Shown here in pieces: positions 1-8,335 of a stretch of DNA of 64,000 nt (the first letter of the stretch is position 1; every line of letters starts with the position of its first letter). This DNA comes from Candidatus Gottesmanbacteria bacterium (GTDB lineage: Bacteria; Patescibacteriota; Microgenomatia; 2-02-FULL-39-11). The position numbers and the translations under genes are program-made. The notes beneath the pieces are model-generated. The model had not been told where the DNA came from. It saw only the letters and a list, made by a program, of their open reading frames with translations, and searched no databases. The DNA lies in NCBI GenBank assembly GCA_016195685.1, contig JACPZE010000010.1, positions 16,751 through 80,750 on the forward strand. Reading direction: 5' to 3'.

Positions 1-1
1 A

Positions 2-631
2 GTCAATATGGGCGGAGGTTTATTTCTTCGGGATGGCGGTTTATTCGTCAGGAAATATCCTCATATATCCGATGATATCATGAATTTTCAGATTCGTACG
101 GAAGGGCATCCATCATATGGGGGAATGTCAGGAAGGGACATAATGACTCATTCGGAAGGATTAAAAACGATAATGAAGAAGGAGTATTTGGACTTTAGGA
201 TTTTACAGGTTGTACGTTTTGGAAAGAGCATGCACGAAATGGGTATACCAGTTATTATGCCTATTGGCGGACATGCCGTATACATAGATATGAATAAATT
301 CTTCAAAGGAACAAAAATAAAACCGGAAGATTTCGGCGGAATTTCTTTTACCGCAATGCTTTTATCACTTTATGGTCACAGAGCATGCGAATTAGGTTAT
401 TATGCATTTGGAAAATACGATCCGACAAAGAAGAAGGAAATCTTTCCAGAAATCAATTTTGTCAGGCTTGCCGTTCCTAGACTTAGATACGAAACTGATG
501 ACTTACAATCTGCCGCGGAAGCAGTATTTAATATTTATAAAAATAAGGATGAAATTCCACCGGTTGAAGTAATTTATGGTCGTGAGTTGCCGTTGAGGCA
601 TTTCAAGTCAAGATTCAGATTTAAAGACTAA
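2..631 (+). CDS. Tryptophanase / tyrosine phenol-lyase family PLP enzyme, C-terminal part (5' end outside window)
   Basis: Motifs EGHPSYGGMSGRD, PIGGHAVYID, VRLAVPR typical of beta-eliminating lyases; frame open to window edge. Confidence 0.8.
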   Translation, partial: VNMGGGLFLRDGGLFVRKYPHISDDIMNFQIRTEGHPSYGGMSGRDIMTHSEGLKTIMKKEYLDFRILQVVRFGKSMHEMGIPVIMPIGGHAVYIDMNKFFKGTKIKPEDFGGISFTAMLLSLYGHRACELGYYAFGKYDPTKKKEIFPEINFVRLAVPRLRYETDDLQSAAEAVFNIYKNKDEIPPVEVIYGRELPLRHFKSRFRFKD

Positions 632-663
632 ATTCGAGTTCTTTACGTTGATTGATTTTATTA

Positions 664-2478
664 TTATGCTACTAAATCAAATTCCTGCAGCTTTTTAGCC
701 TTTTCTTCTTCTGGAAGTTTGGTAAGTTGTTGTTGAAGCATGACAAGTTGAGCATACAGCCCAGTTTTATCTTTTAAAAGTTCGGCTGATGTGCCGTATT
801 GGGATACCCTTCCTTTTTCAAGAACTAATATATGATCCGCTCCAGATATAGTAGATAGCCTGTGGGCAATAATGATAGACGTACGGTTTTGTAAAAGTCT
901 ATCCAAACCTTTTTGCACTTGTATTTCTGACTTACTATCCAAAGATGATGTGGCCTCATCCAATATTATTACCGGAGCATTTTTGAGTATTGCCCTTGCT
1001 ATAGCTACCCGCTGTTTTTGTCCTCCGGATAATTTTACCCCTCTTTCGCCGATTAGACTCTCGTATTTATCAGGGAGTTCTTCTATAAATTCATGGGCAT
1101 TAGCTGCTTTGGCTGCGTCAACTATTTCTTCTTTCGTAGCTGTTGGTTTGCCGTACCGGATATTTTCCATGATTGATCCTGAGAAAAGGAGCGATTCCTG
1201 AAAAACTACTGCAATATTATCATGCAGAGATCGTTGAGTGACCCCTGCAATATTTTGGTTATTTATAAGTATTTCACCTTTTTGCGGTTCATAATAACGA
1301 AGAAGTAGATTGACGATGGTTGATTTTCCCTGTCCGCTTTCACCGACCAAAGCCAGTTTTTCAAATGGGGATACTTTCAAACTTATATCTTTCAAAACAT
1401 ATTTTCCTTTATCATATTCAAAAGAGATATTTTGAAATTCAATTAAAGGTTTTTGCACTTTTGGGAGTTTGGGAATAGATAAAGATTTTGCACCTGGGCG
1501 ATCCAATATTTTATTATTTGTTCCCAGTACCTTGAAGAAATCAGCCGATCCGGCACCCGCTTGTTGTATTTGCCCAAGGATAAAAGACATTGCAAAAAGG
1601 GGGAACCGAGCCTGATTTACAAGCTGTAGAAGTAAAGTCATCTCTCCTAAGGTAAATCTGCGGTTGTAAGTCCAATAAACTATGTAGGTAAAGATAGAAA
1701 ACAGTATGATATTTAGGCACAACCGCCTGGTGAAATCATAAAAATGCCACTCTTTTGTTTGTGCAATTGCAAGTGACTCAATTTTTTTCCTAGTCTGTAG
1801 GAAAGAGGTCAACTCATGCATCTCAGCTACAAAGGCCTTGACAACTCGGATACCAAGCAAACTTTCAAACACCCTGCCTTGCGAAAGGTCATTAAGCGTG
1901 TTTTTTTCCGCCTCGTATTTTCCCCAAGCTTGAGTTGATTTATGAGAAATTACGATATAGGCTGGAAAAAGTAGAGCAAGAAATATACTGATGAAAAAAG
2001 AGTAATGGGCAAGAAGAATGATTGTGATTAGTGCTGTCAGGAAAAAAGGGAGAAAATTATTAAACATGCTTTGGATAAATTCTGTGATACTGGTTATTCC
2101 CCTGTACATTTTGTTGATTATCTTACCTGTAATTTCATTATCATAAAATCCAATATTTAAACTCAGTACGTGGTTATAGAATTTTTGAGAAAGATAGGTT
2201 TGTAGTTTTACAGAAAGCATATCTCCAATCCACTGACTAAAAGCAGTTAATATTGTTATGAAAATGTCAGAAACAATTATTATCGCCAGAAAGAAAAAAA
2301 ACCTTGAAAAATCAGCAGATTTTCCGGAGATTTGAGACACGATCAAGTCCACAATTTGTTTACTAAGTATAGGACTGACTAGAGAAAGAAGTGATGTGAG
2401 TACAACAAAAGAAGCCATGAATATATACCACTTCCATAAGTGTTTTGTGAACGATATAATTTTAAAAATTGACTGCAT
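664..2478 (-). CDS. ABC exporter, fused permease/ATP-binding (MsbA/Sav1866-like)
   Basis: N-terminal TM domain; Walker A GESGQGKS, LSGGQ signature, ILDEATS, IAHRL. Confidence 0.93.
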   Translation of the reverse strand: MQSIFKIISFTKHLWKWYIFMASFVVLTSLLSLVSPILSKQIVDLIVSQISGKSADFSRFFFFLAIIIVSDIFITILTAFSQWIGDMLSVKLQTYLSQKFYNHVLSLNIGFYDNEITGKIINKMYRGITSITEFIQSMFNNFLPFFLTALITIILLAHYSFFISIFLALLFPAYIVISHKSTQAWGKYEAEKNTLNDLSQGRVFESLLGIRVVKAFVAEMHELTSFLQTRKKIESLAIAQTKEWHFYDFTRRLCLNIILFSIFTYIVYWTYNRRFTLGEMTLLLQLVNQARFPLFAMSFILGQIQQAGAGSADFFKVLGTNNKILDRPGAKSLSIPKLPKVQKPLIEFQNISFEYDKGKYVLKDISLKVSPFEKLALVGESGQGKSTIVNLLLRYYEPQKGEILINNQNIAGVTQRSLHDNIAVVFQESLLFSGSIMENIRYGKPTATKEEIVDAAKAANAHEFIEELPDKYESLIGERGVKLSGGQKQRVAIARAILKNAPVIILDEATSSLDSKSEIQVQKGLDRLLQNRTSIIIAHRLSTISGADHILVLEKGRVSQYGTSAELLKDKTGLYAQLVMLQQQLTKLPEEEKAKKLQEFDLVA

Positions 2479-2576
2479 AAAAACTTATCCTGTATTATAT
2501 CTCTTAATTGGCTTTTCGTGTAAATGACAATTTTTACCCTCTTGATAAAGAAAAAAATTTTGTTAATATAAATTAT

Positions 2577-3446
2577 ATGAGTGAAGAAACTGCCAAAAAT
2601 GGAGATGAGTTAAATATTCCGCAGAATAAATTCTTTTGGATTTTTGGAGGTATTATTTTACTTATTGCTGCATGGTTTGGCTACAAAGCGCTTATTTCCT
2701 CGGTCGAAGATTATAAAGTGACATTAGTTGATGCTCCAAAACAGGTAGATTCCGGATCAATTGCCACTTTTACTTGGCGGGTAGACGGGCCACCAACCAC
2801 AATCAACCACACCTCGGTACATATGGGTCTGACTTCAAATCCTGGTGATTTGACTAAGGAAGTCAAACCGGCAGATACCAAATATACAGATATGATTACA
2901 GATTTTGCCAACGGTAAATATAATATTCCTCTCCAATTCGTTGGAAATACAAAGATGGGGAAAGTAGGCAAATATTATTACAGAGTACATGCTTTGGTAA
3001 ATGACAAGAATTATTGGAGTGATGAGGCTAGTTTTGACGTGGTGAAGGGTATGACAAGTACAACGAGCGGTGATTACAAAATTTCAGTACTTTATCCGCC
3101 CAAATCCGTTACCTTGCCTGTTTTGCCCAAAGATGAAAAAGAAGCAACAATGGGAGGGACAGTGACTTTTACATGGCGTATCGATGGGCCGCCAACCGCT
3201 ATTAACAATACGACAGTTTATTACGGATTGACTTCCAGTCCTGGAACATTTAACCGTGATGTAAAACCATCAGACACAAAATACGCAGATTTTGTGAAAG
3301 ACTTCATAAACGGTAAATTTGATATACCATTACAATTTGTAGGAAACACAAAGATTACAGATCCGGGTACATATTATTATCGGGTCTATGCTCTTATAAA
3401 CGGGAAAGATTATTGGTCAGCAGAGTCCAGTTTCACCGCAAAATAA
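2577..3446 (+). CDS. Membrane-anchored hypothetical protein with two tandem homologous beta-rich domains
   Basis: One TM helix then two repeats (FTWR.DGPPT.IN.T...F.NGK..IPLQFVGNTK...YYYRV.AL.N.K.YWS.E.SF); ATG at 2577 preferred over TTG 2508. Confidence 0.75.
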   Translation: MSEETAKNGDELNIPQNKFFWIFGGIILLIAAWFGYKALISSVEDYKVTLVDAPKQVDSGSIATFTWRVDGPPTTINHTSVHMGLTSNPGDLTKEVKPADTKYTDMITDFANGKYNIPLQFVGNTKMGKVGKYYYRVHALVNDKNYWSDEASFDVVKGMTSTTSGDYKISVLYPPKSVTLPVLPKDEKEATMGGTVTFTWRIDGPPTAINNTTVYYGLTSSPGTFNRDVKPSDTKYADFVKDFINGKFDIPLQFVGNTKITDPGTYYYRVYALINGKDYWSAESSFTAK

Positions 3447-3534
3447 TCAACAGTTTTTCGATTTTTCTTCTTGACTTAGACTCCAAAAAAGAATAAAAAT
3501 AAATGTGATTTATAGCACATCGTCTCAAGGTTTA

Positions 3535-3553
3535 CCCTGAGTGAAGCGAAGGG
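3535..3553. repeat. Short imperfect palindromic element CCCTGAGTGAAGCGAAGGG
   Basis: Same CCCTG-N-CGAAGGG pattern as the element at 21185-21204. Confidence 0.55.
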
Positions 3554-3563
3554 AGGTGAATAT

Positions 3564-3935
3564 ATGTTAAACCTAAATTCTATTATAATATTTTCCGAAA
3601 ACCCAAAAGTTTTAGTAGATTTTTACAAAAAAGTACTGCAAAAAGATCCAGGGTGGACAGGTGGAGAATTTGTCGGATGGCAAGCAGGTAGTGGTTATTT
3701 GACAATCGGTCCTCATAGTAAAGTACACGGTAAAAGTACTAATCCTGAGAGATTAATGTTTTTCTTTGAAACGAAAGATGTTGCCGGTGAGTTTACTAGG
3801 TTAAAAGGATTAGGAGCAACAGTAGTGGCAGAACCTTACCAACCCGGAGAGGAACCCAAGATGTGGTTGGCAACATTAGCTGATCCGGATGGAAATTATT
3901 TTCAACTCGTAACACCAATGAAAATGGTTAATTAA
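3564..3935 (+). CDS. VOC/glyoxalase family protein
   Basis: FYKKVL...LADPDGNYFQL signature; strong SD GGAGGTG upstream. Confidence 0.85.
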   Translation: MLNLNSIIIFSENPKVLVDFYKKVLQKDPGWTGGEFVGWQAGSGYLTIGPHSKVHGKSTNPERLMFFFETKDVAGEFTRLKGLGATVVAEPYQPGEEPKMWLATLADPDGNYFQLVTPMKMVN

Positions 3936-3945
3936 TTGATAGCAA

Positions 3946-3983
3946 ATAAGCCCACATAGATATTATTATTTATGTGGGTTTAT
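3946..3983. terminator. Hairpin, probable terminator after VOC gene
   Basis: ATAAGCCCACATAGAT ... ATTTATGTGGGTTTAT inverted repeat. Confidence 0.55.
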
Positions 3984-4003
3984 AGTTGTAGTAAGATATA
4001 AAG

Positions 4004-4942
4004 ATGAATATTCGTCATAGTTTGTATAAAAAGAATAAGGGAATTGTTTTTCTAAGTTTAGGTCTAATGGTGGTTGTTTTATTGATAGTAAGTTATACTT
4101 ATTTTCCGAAAAAAAATGATAATAAATCAGTTTCTGGAATATCTCAGGTTAGAAAATCTAACAGCACTATTTTAGGCTTGCAACAAGTTGAAAACGTTAC
4201 TTCTGGCAATACTCAAAATTCTTCTGTCAATGTTGCTAGTATTTCACCAACAATTACAACAGAAGTTAATCCTTCAGGTTTCTGTCTTTTTGTGCCTGTA
4301 CTTTTATATCATCATATAGAACCTATTGCACAGGCCAAGTCAGAAGGGCATGCTCAATTAACAGTAGATGCAAATATTTTTGACAGCCAAATGAAGTATC
4401 TTAAAGATAATGGTTATAAAAGTATAAGCGCTGAAGAATTAGTTAATGCTATTATTAGTCATCATAATTTAGGGAAAACAGTCGTAGTCACTTTAGATGA
4501 TGGTTATAATGACGCTTACAATTTTGCTTTTCCGATTGCCAAGAAATATGGAATCATATTAAATCTTATGATACCGACAGGACTTTTAGAAAACAAAGGT
4601 TATATGAATTGGGGACAACTAAAAGAAATGGTTCATTCCGGGCAAGCACAAGCATATGATCATACTTGGTCGCATTTTTCTCTACCTAAAGGTGATGATG
4701 CCAAAATTCAGATGGAAATTATGACAGCGAAAAACCAACTGGAACAGAATTTAGGTAAAACCGCAAAAATACTTACCTATCCTTATGGTACAACCAGTCA
4801 GAAAGTTATAACCGCTTTACAAAAAAACGGTTTCATAGCGGCTTTTTCTACGTTACCATCATTTTATCAATGTGATAGCTTTCTATTTAATTTGAAAAGG
4901 AACCGTATTGGCAATGCGTCTCTTTCCGCATATGGTTTGTAA
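4004..4942 (+). CDS. Polysaccharide deacetylase (CE4/NodB domain), membrane anchored
   Basis: PVLLYHHI, TLDDGY, HTWSH, TYPYG motifs; N-terminal TM. Confidence 0.9.
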   Translation: MNIRHSLYKKNKGIVFLSLGLMVVVLLIVSYTYFPKKNDNKSVSGISQVRKSNSTILGLQQVENVTSGNTQNSSVNVASISPTITTEVNPSGFCLFVPVLLYHHIEPIAQAKSEGHAQLTVDANIFDSQMKYLKDNGYKSISAEELVNAIISHHNLGKTVVVTLDDGYNDAYNFAFPIAKKYGIILNLMIPTGLLENKGYMNWGQLKEMVHSGQAQAYDHTWSHFSLPKGDDAKIQMEIMTAKNQLEQNLGKTAKILTYPYGTTSQKVITALQKNGFIAAFSTLPSFYQCDSFLFNLKRNRIGNASLSAYGL

Positions 4943-4952
4943 GGAGAAGTGG

Positions 4953-5180
4953 TTAGTGTTTTTTTCTATTTCTCGTATTTTGACTGCGTCGTTTGAGGGA
5001 ATTAGCCTTGATTATATCCAATCTGTCCTTTTTCTTTTTCAAATCTTCATCCACGATTTTCTGACATTTTTTGTCAGGACAGACGAAATTGGAGAAAGTA
5101 ATGTTTCCTTCACGCCAAGTTTTAGCGATTATTCTAGACTTACCACAACGGATACAAAGATTAGTGGGATGAATATTCAA
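4953..5180 (-). CDS. Small basic putative zinc-binding protein
   Basis: CIRCG ... CPDKKCQ cysteine pairs, basic C-terminus; fills an intergenic gap. Confidence 0.65.
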   Translation of the reverse strand: MNIHPTNLCIRCGKSRIIAKTWREGNITFSNFVCPDKKCQKIVDEDLKKKKDRLDIIKANSLKRRSQNTRNRKKH

Positions 5181-5355
5181 GGCTTATATTATACCATAAA
5201 AGAACAAACTATTGTACTTTAAACGATGATATGTTAAGATCTATATCAGATAAATTGGATTTACAATTCATAGATTTTTGATAAAATCCCCTTTTTATCC
5301 TTCATCTATCTACTGTAATTCCTTCTGTTAAAAATATTTGTAAAGGAGTATTTAT

Positions 5356-5721
5356 ATGGCAAAAAATTTATTCGTAGGAAGTCTACCTTACTCAGTAACA
5401 GATGATACTTTGGGACAACTTTTTGCCCAGGTTGGTCAAGTACAGTCTGTGAATGTCATAAAAGACAAATACTCTGGTAACAGCAGAGGTTTTGGTTTTG
5501 TAGAAATGGTAAATGATGAAGATGCCCAAAAAGCGATAGAAAAATTTAACAATTACAACCTCGAAGGAAGAAATATTATAGTGAAAGAAGCTTTACCGAA
5601 ACCTACATATACCAACGGTAGAGGTGGAGGCGGAAGGCCAGGCGGCGGGAGAGGCGGCTTTCAAAGGGGTGGATTTGGTGGGCGAGGTAGCGGTGGGGGC
5701 GGTAGAGATTTCAGAAGATAA
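5356..5721 (+). CDS. RRM (RNP-1) RNA-binding protein with Gly/Arg-rich tail
   Basis: RNP2 LFVGSL, RNP1 RGFGFVEM, RGG repeats; SD AAGGAG. Confidence 0.93.
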   Translation: MAKNLFVGSLPYSVTDDTLGQLFAQVGQVQSVNVIKDKYSGNSRGFGFVEMVNDEDAQKAIEKFNNYNLEGRNIIVKEALPKPTYTNGRGGGGRPGGGRGGFQRGGFGGRGSGGGGRDFRR

Positions 5722-5731
5722 ATTACTTTAT

Positions 5732-5761
5732 TTGACAAGAGTTGGTATAATTAAATACATT
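5732..5761 (+). promoter_or_regulatory. Sigma70-type promoter region for the T-box/tRNA-His/his transcript
   Basis: Extended -10 TGGTATAAT (5743-5751); also TTGACA 5732-5737 with TACATT 18 nt downstream. Confidence 0.55.
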
Positions 5762-5774
5762 AAAATTTAAATAC

Positions 5775-6032
5775 AAGCGTTGCCCCGCCTTATCCGGCGA
5801 GGGTAGGACTGGAGTCACGATCCAGAAGCTGTCCCGCAAAACGGGAACGGAAGTTGAACCGTAAAATCCAACAGTCGGTGTCATCCCGCAAAGCGGGATA
5901 GAGCCGACCCCAAGAGTTTAGAAGAGAAATTCTTCTAAGAATAAGGATGGGACCGCGGGAGGTCCTTTTTTGTAACCTCTCGTTCCTTGTTTATCACAGA
6001 TTTGTGATGGATAAGTAACGGGAGGTTTTTTT
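5775..6032 (+). ncRNA. T-box riboswitch, histidine-specific, transcriptional
   Basis: T-box AATAAGGA-TGGGACC-GCG (5940-5957); antiterminator helices 5940-5947/5984-5991 and 5955-5963/5975-5983; Stem III TTAGAAGA/TCTTCTAA; CAC in hairpin loop 5816-5818; UGGG bulge complements His discriminator C. Confidence 0.85.
5974..6032 (+). terminator. Intrinsic terminator of the T-box, mutually exclusive with the antiterminator
   Basis: AACCTCTCGTT..TTGTTTATCACA / TGTGATGGATAA..AACGGGAGGTT followed by T-tract to 6032. Confidence 0.88.
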
Positions 6033-6105
6033 GGTGGCATTAGCTCAACGGTAGAGCACTTGCTTGTGGAGCAAGCTGTTGTCGGTTCGAATCCGGTATG
6101 TCACC
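6033..6105 (+). tRNA. tRNA-His (GTG)
   Basis: Cloverleaf: G-1, acceptor GTGGCAT/ATGTCAC, D-arm GCTC/GAGC, anticodon stem CTTGC/GCAAG with GTG at 6066-6068, TTCGAAT loop, discriminator C; full CCA not encoded. Confidence 0.95.
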
Positions 6106-6113
6106 CAAAATAA

Positions 6114-6148
6114 TTTTGAGTTATTAGTTTTTAGCTATTGGTTATAAA
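6114..6148. repeat. Degenerate heptamer tandem repeat
   Basis: TTTTGAG TTATTAG TTTTTAG CTATTGG TTATAAA. Confidence 0.5.
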
Positions 6149-6154
6149 AAAACT

Positions 6155-7030
6155 ATGAACGGATTAAATAATGGAAATCTAAAGTTAGCGATACAAAAAG
6201 AAGGGCGTTTAACCGGCGAAACGCTTGATTTCTTGTGGAAAAGCGGATTGGAATTTGAAGCTTCGAAACAAAAACTGTTTAGTAACTGCAGAAATTTCCC
6301 TATTGAAATCCTATATCTTCGTGATAATGATATACCAAAATACGTTGAGGAGGGAATAGTTGATCTTGGAATTATTGGCCAAAATTTATTATACGAAAAA
6401 CGTCCACAAGTGAAGAAACTTTTGAATCTGCGATTTGGTTTTTGTTCATTAGTAATTGCAGTGCCGGATGACTCGCCAATTAAGAAAATCCAAGACTTGA
6501 AATATTCAAAAATTGCCACGTCTTATCCTCTTTCTTCCAAGAAATTCTTTAAAGAAAGAAATATCCAAGTTGAACTTGTTGAAATAAGCGGTTCAGCAGA
6601 AATTTCTCCGGCTTTAGGAGTAGCTCAAGCGATAGTTGACCTTTCTTCGACCGGAAGCACTCTACTTTTAAATGAGCTTCGTATGGTTGAGAAAGTTTAT
6701 GATTCTGAAGCAGTATTTATCGCAAATAAACAACTCTTTACTCAAAGGAAAAAACAATTTTTGGAAAAATTATTGTTACGTTTCAAAGGTGTTCTTTCAG
6801 CAAAAAACTATAAATATGTGATGATGAATGCTCCGGAAAATATTTTGCCTGAAATTAAAAAAATTGTTCCAGGACTCAAATCCCCGACAATTGCACCATT
6901 GGTAAAAGTTGGATGGATTTCGATCCAAACTGTAATAAAAGAAGATATATTTTGGGAAACAATAGAAAAATTAAAAAAAATTGGAGCTTCAGGAATTATC
7001 GTATTGCCAATCGAAAAAATAATTACCTGA
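6155..7030 (+). CDS. hisG: ATP phosphoribosyltransferase (long form)
   Basis: LKLAIQKEGRL, LRDNDIP, DLGIIG, SGSAE, STGSTL, C-terminal regulatory domain PGLKSPT. Confidence 0.96.
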   Translation: MNGLNNGNLKLAIQKEGRLTGETLDFLWKSGLEFEASKQKLFSNCRNFPIEILYLRDNDIPKYVEEGIVDLGIIGQNLLYEKRPQVKKLLNLRFGFCSLVIAVPDDSPIKKIQDLKYSKIATSYPLSSKKFFKERNIQVELVEISGSAEISPALGVAQAIVDLSSTGSTLLLNELRMVEKVYDSEAVFIANKQLFTQRKKQFLEKLLLRFKGVLSAKNYKYVMMNAPENILPEIKKIVPGLKSPTIAPLVKVGWISIQTVIKEDIFWETIEKLKKIGASGIIVLPIEKIIT

Positions 7031-7040
7031 GGAATCATAT

Positions 7041-8333
7041 ATGAAAATTATTAATCTCAAAGATTTAACATCAAACGCTTATACCAGAATTATTCAAAGA
7101 TCTTTTGGATTCAATGAAGAGATTATGCCTAAGGTATTGGAAATTATGGAGTCGGTAAGAAGTGACGGAGATAAAGTTATACTTTCAAAGTATCAAAAAA
7201 GATATGGTGCGGGAAATTACGTTTCGATACAGGTAACAAATAGCGAAATAAAAAAAGCTTATGAAAAGACAGATAAAAAAGTGATTAATGCTCTTAAGCA
7301 AATGATTCAAAATATTACTGCCGTACACAAAGTACAGTTGCCTCGCAGGATTGATACAGTTGTACAATCGGAAAAAGGAATAACTGTATGGAGGGAATGG
7401 CGTGCTATTGAAAGAGTAGGTTTATATATTCCAGGAGGAAAAGCGATATACCCATCATCGGTTCTAATGAGTGCAATCCCAGCTCAAATTTCTGGTTGTC
7501 GCGAAATAATTATGTGTTCTCCTCTACAGCAAGATGGTCAAATACCCGAAGCGACGTTAGTTGCAGCTTATATGATCGGACTAACTAAAATATACAAAGT
7601 CGGAGGAGTAGAAGCTATTGCAGCGATGGTTTACGGTACAAAAACCATTCCTTCTGTTTACAAAATTTTTGGTGCCGGGAATTCTTACGTGACTGCAGCA
7701 AAACTAGTTGCACAAAAAAAAATTTCCATAGATATGCCGGCGGGACCGTCAGAGATTTTTATAATTGCAGATGAGAGTGCAAATCCTGCTTTTATTGCAG
7801 CAGATCTTTTGGCAGATGGCGAGCATGGTGAAGATTCTGCGTGTGTATTGATAACAACTTCAAGAAAATTAGCGCAGCAAACAATAAAAGAAATTCAAAA
7901 ACAGTTACCAAAACTTTCAACTGCATCAAGAGCAAGAGAATCTATTAAACAGTATGGATTATTTGCCATTGTTGACTCACTTGATGAAGCGGTGGATTTT
8001 ACAAATGAATATGCTCCTGAACATTTGGAAATTATGACTAAGAATCCCGAGGCAATTGCAGAAAAAATACAAAATGCGGGATCGGTATTTTTAGGTGACT
8101 GGACTACAAAATCAGCAGGGGATTACGCAAACGGAGCAAATCATGTATTGCCCACAGGTGGTATGGCAAAAATGTATCCACCACTTGGTGTAGATGCATA
8201 TGGTAAGTGGATGCAAATACAAAAATGTACAAAGCAAGGATTATCAACTATTAGAAATACTATAGAGGTTATCGCGGATGTGGAACAATTACCTGCACAC
8301 AAAAATGCAACGAGTATAAGGTTTAAAAACTAA
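7041..8333 (+). CDS. hisD: Histidinol dehydrogenase
   Basis: VGLYIPGG, IDMPAGPSE, EHG, YAPEHL, GDY..G.NHVLPT. Confidence 0.96.
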   Translation: MKIINLKDLTSNAYTRIIQRSFGFNEEIMPKVLEIMESVRSDGDKVILSKYQKRYGAGNYVSIQVTNSEIKKAYEKTDKKVINALKQMIQNITAVHKVQLPRRIDTVVQSEKGITVWREWRAIERVGLYIPGGKAIYPSSVLMSAIPAQISGCREIIMCSPLQQDGQIPEATLVAAYMIGLTKIYKVGGVEAIAAMVYGTKTIPSVYKIFGAGNSYVTAAKLVAQKKISIDMPAGPSEIFIIADESANPAFIAADLLADGEHGEDSACVLITTSRKLAQQTIKEIQKQLPKLSTASRARESIKQYGLFAIVDSLDEAVDFTNEYAPEHLEIMTKNPEAIAEKIQNAGSVFLGDWTTKSAGDYANGANHVLPTGGMAKMYPPLGVDAYGKWMQIQKCTKQGLSTIRNTIEVIADVEQLPAHKNATSIRFKN

Positions 8334-8335
8334 TC

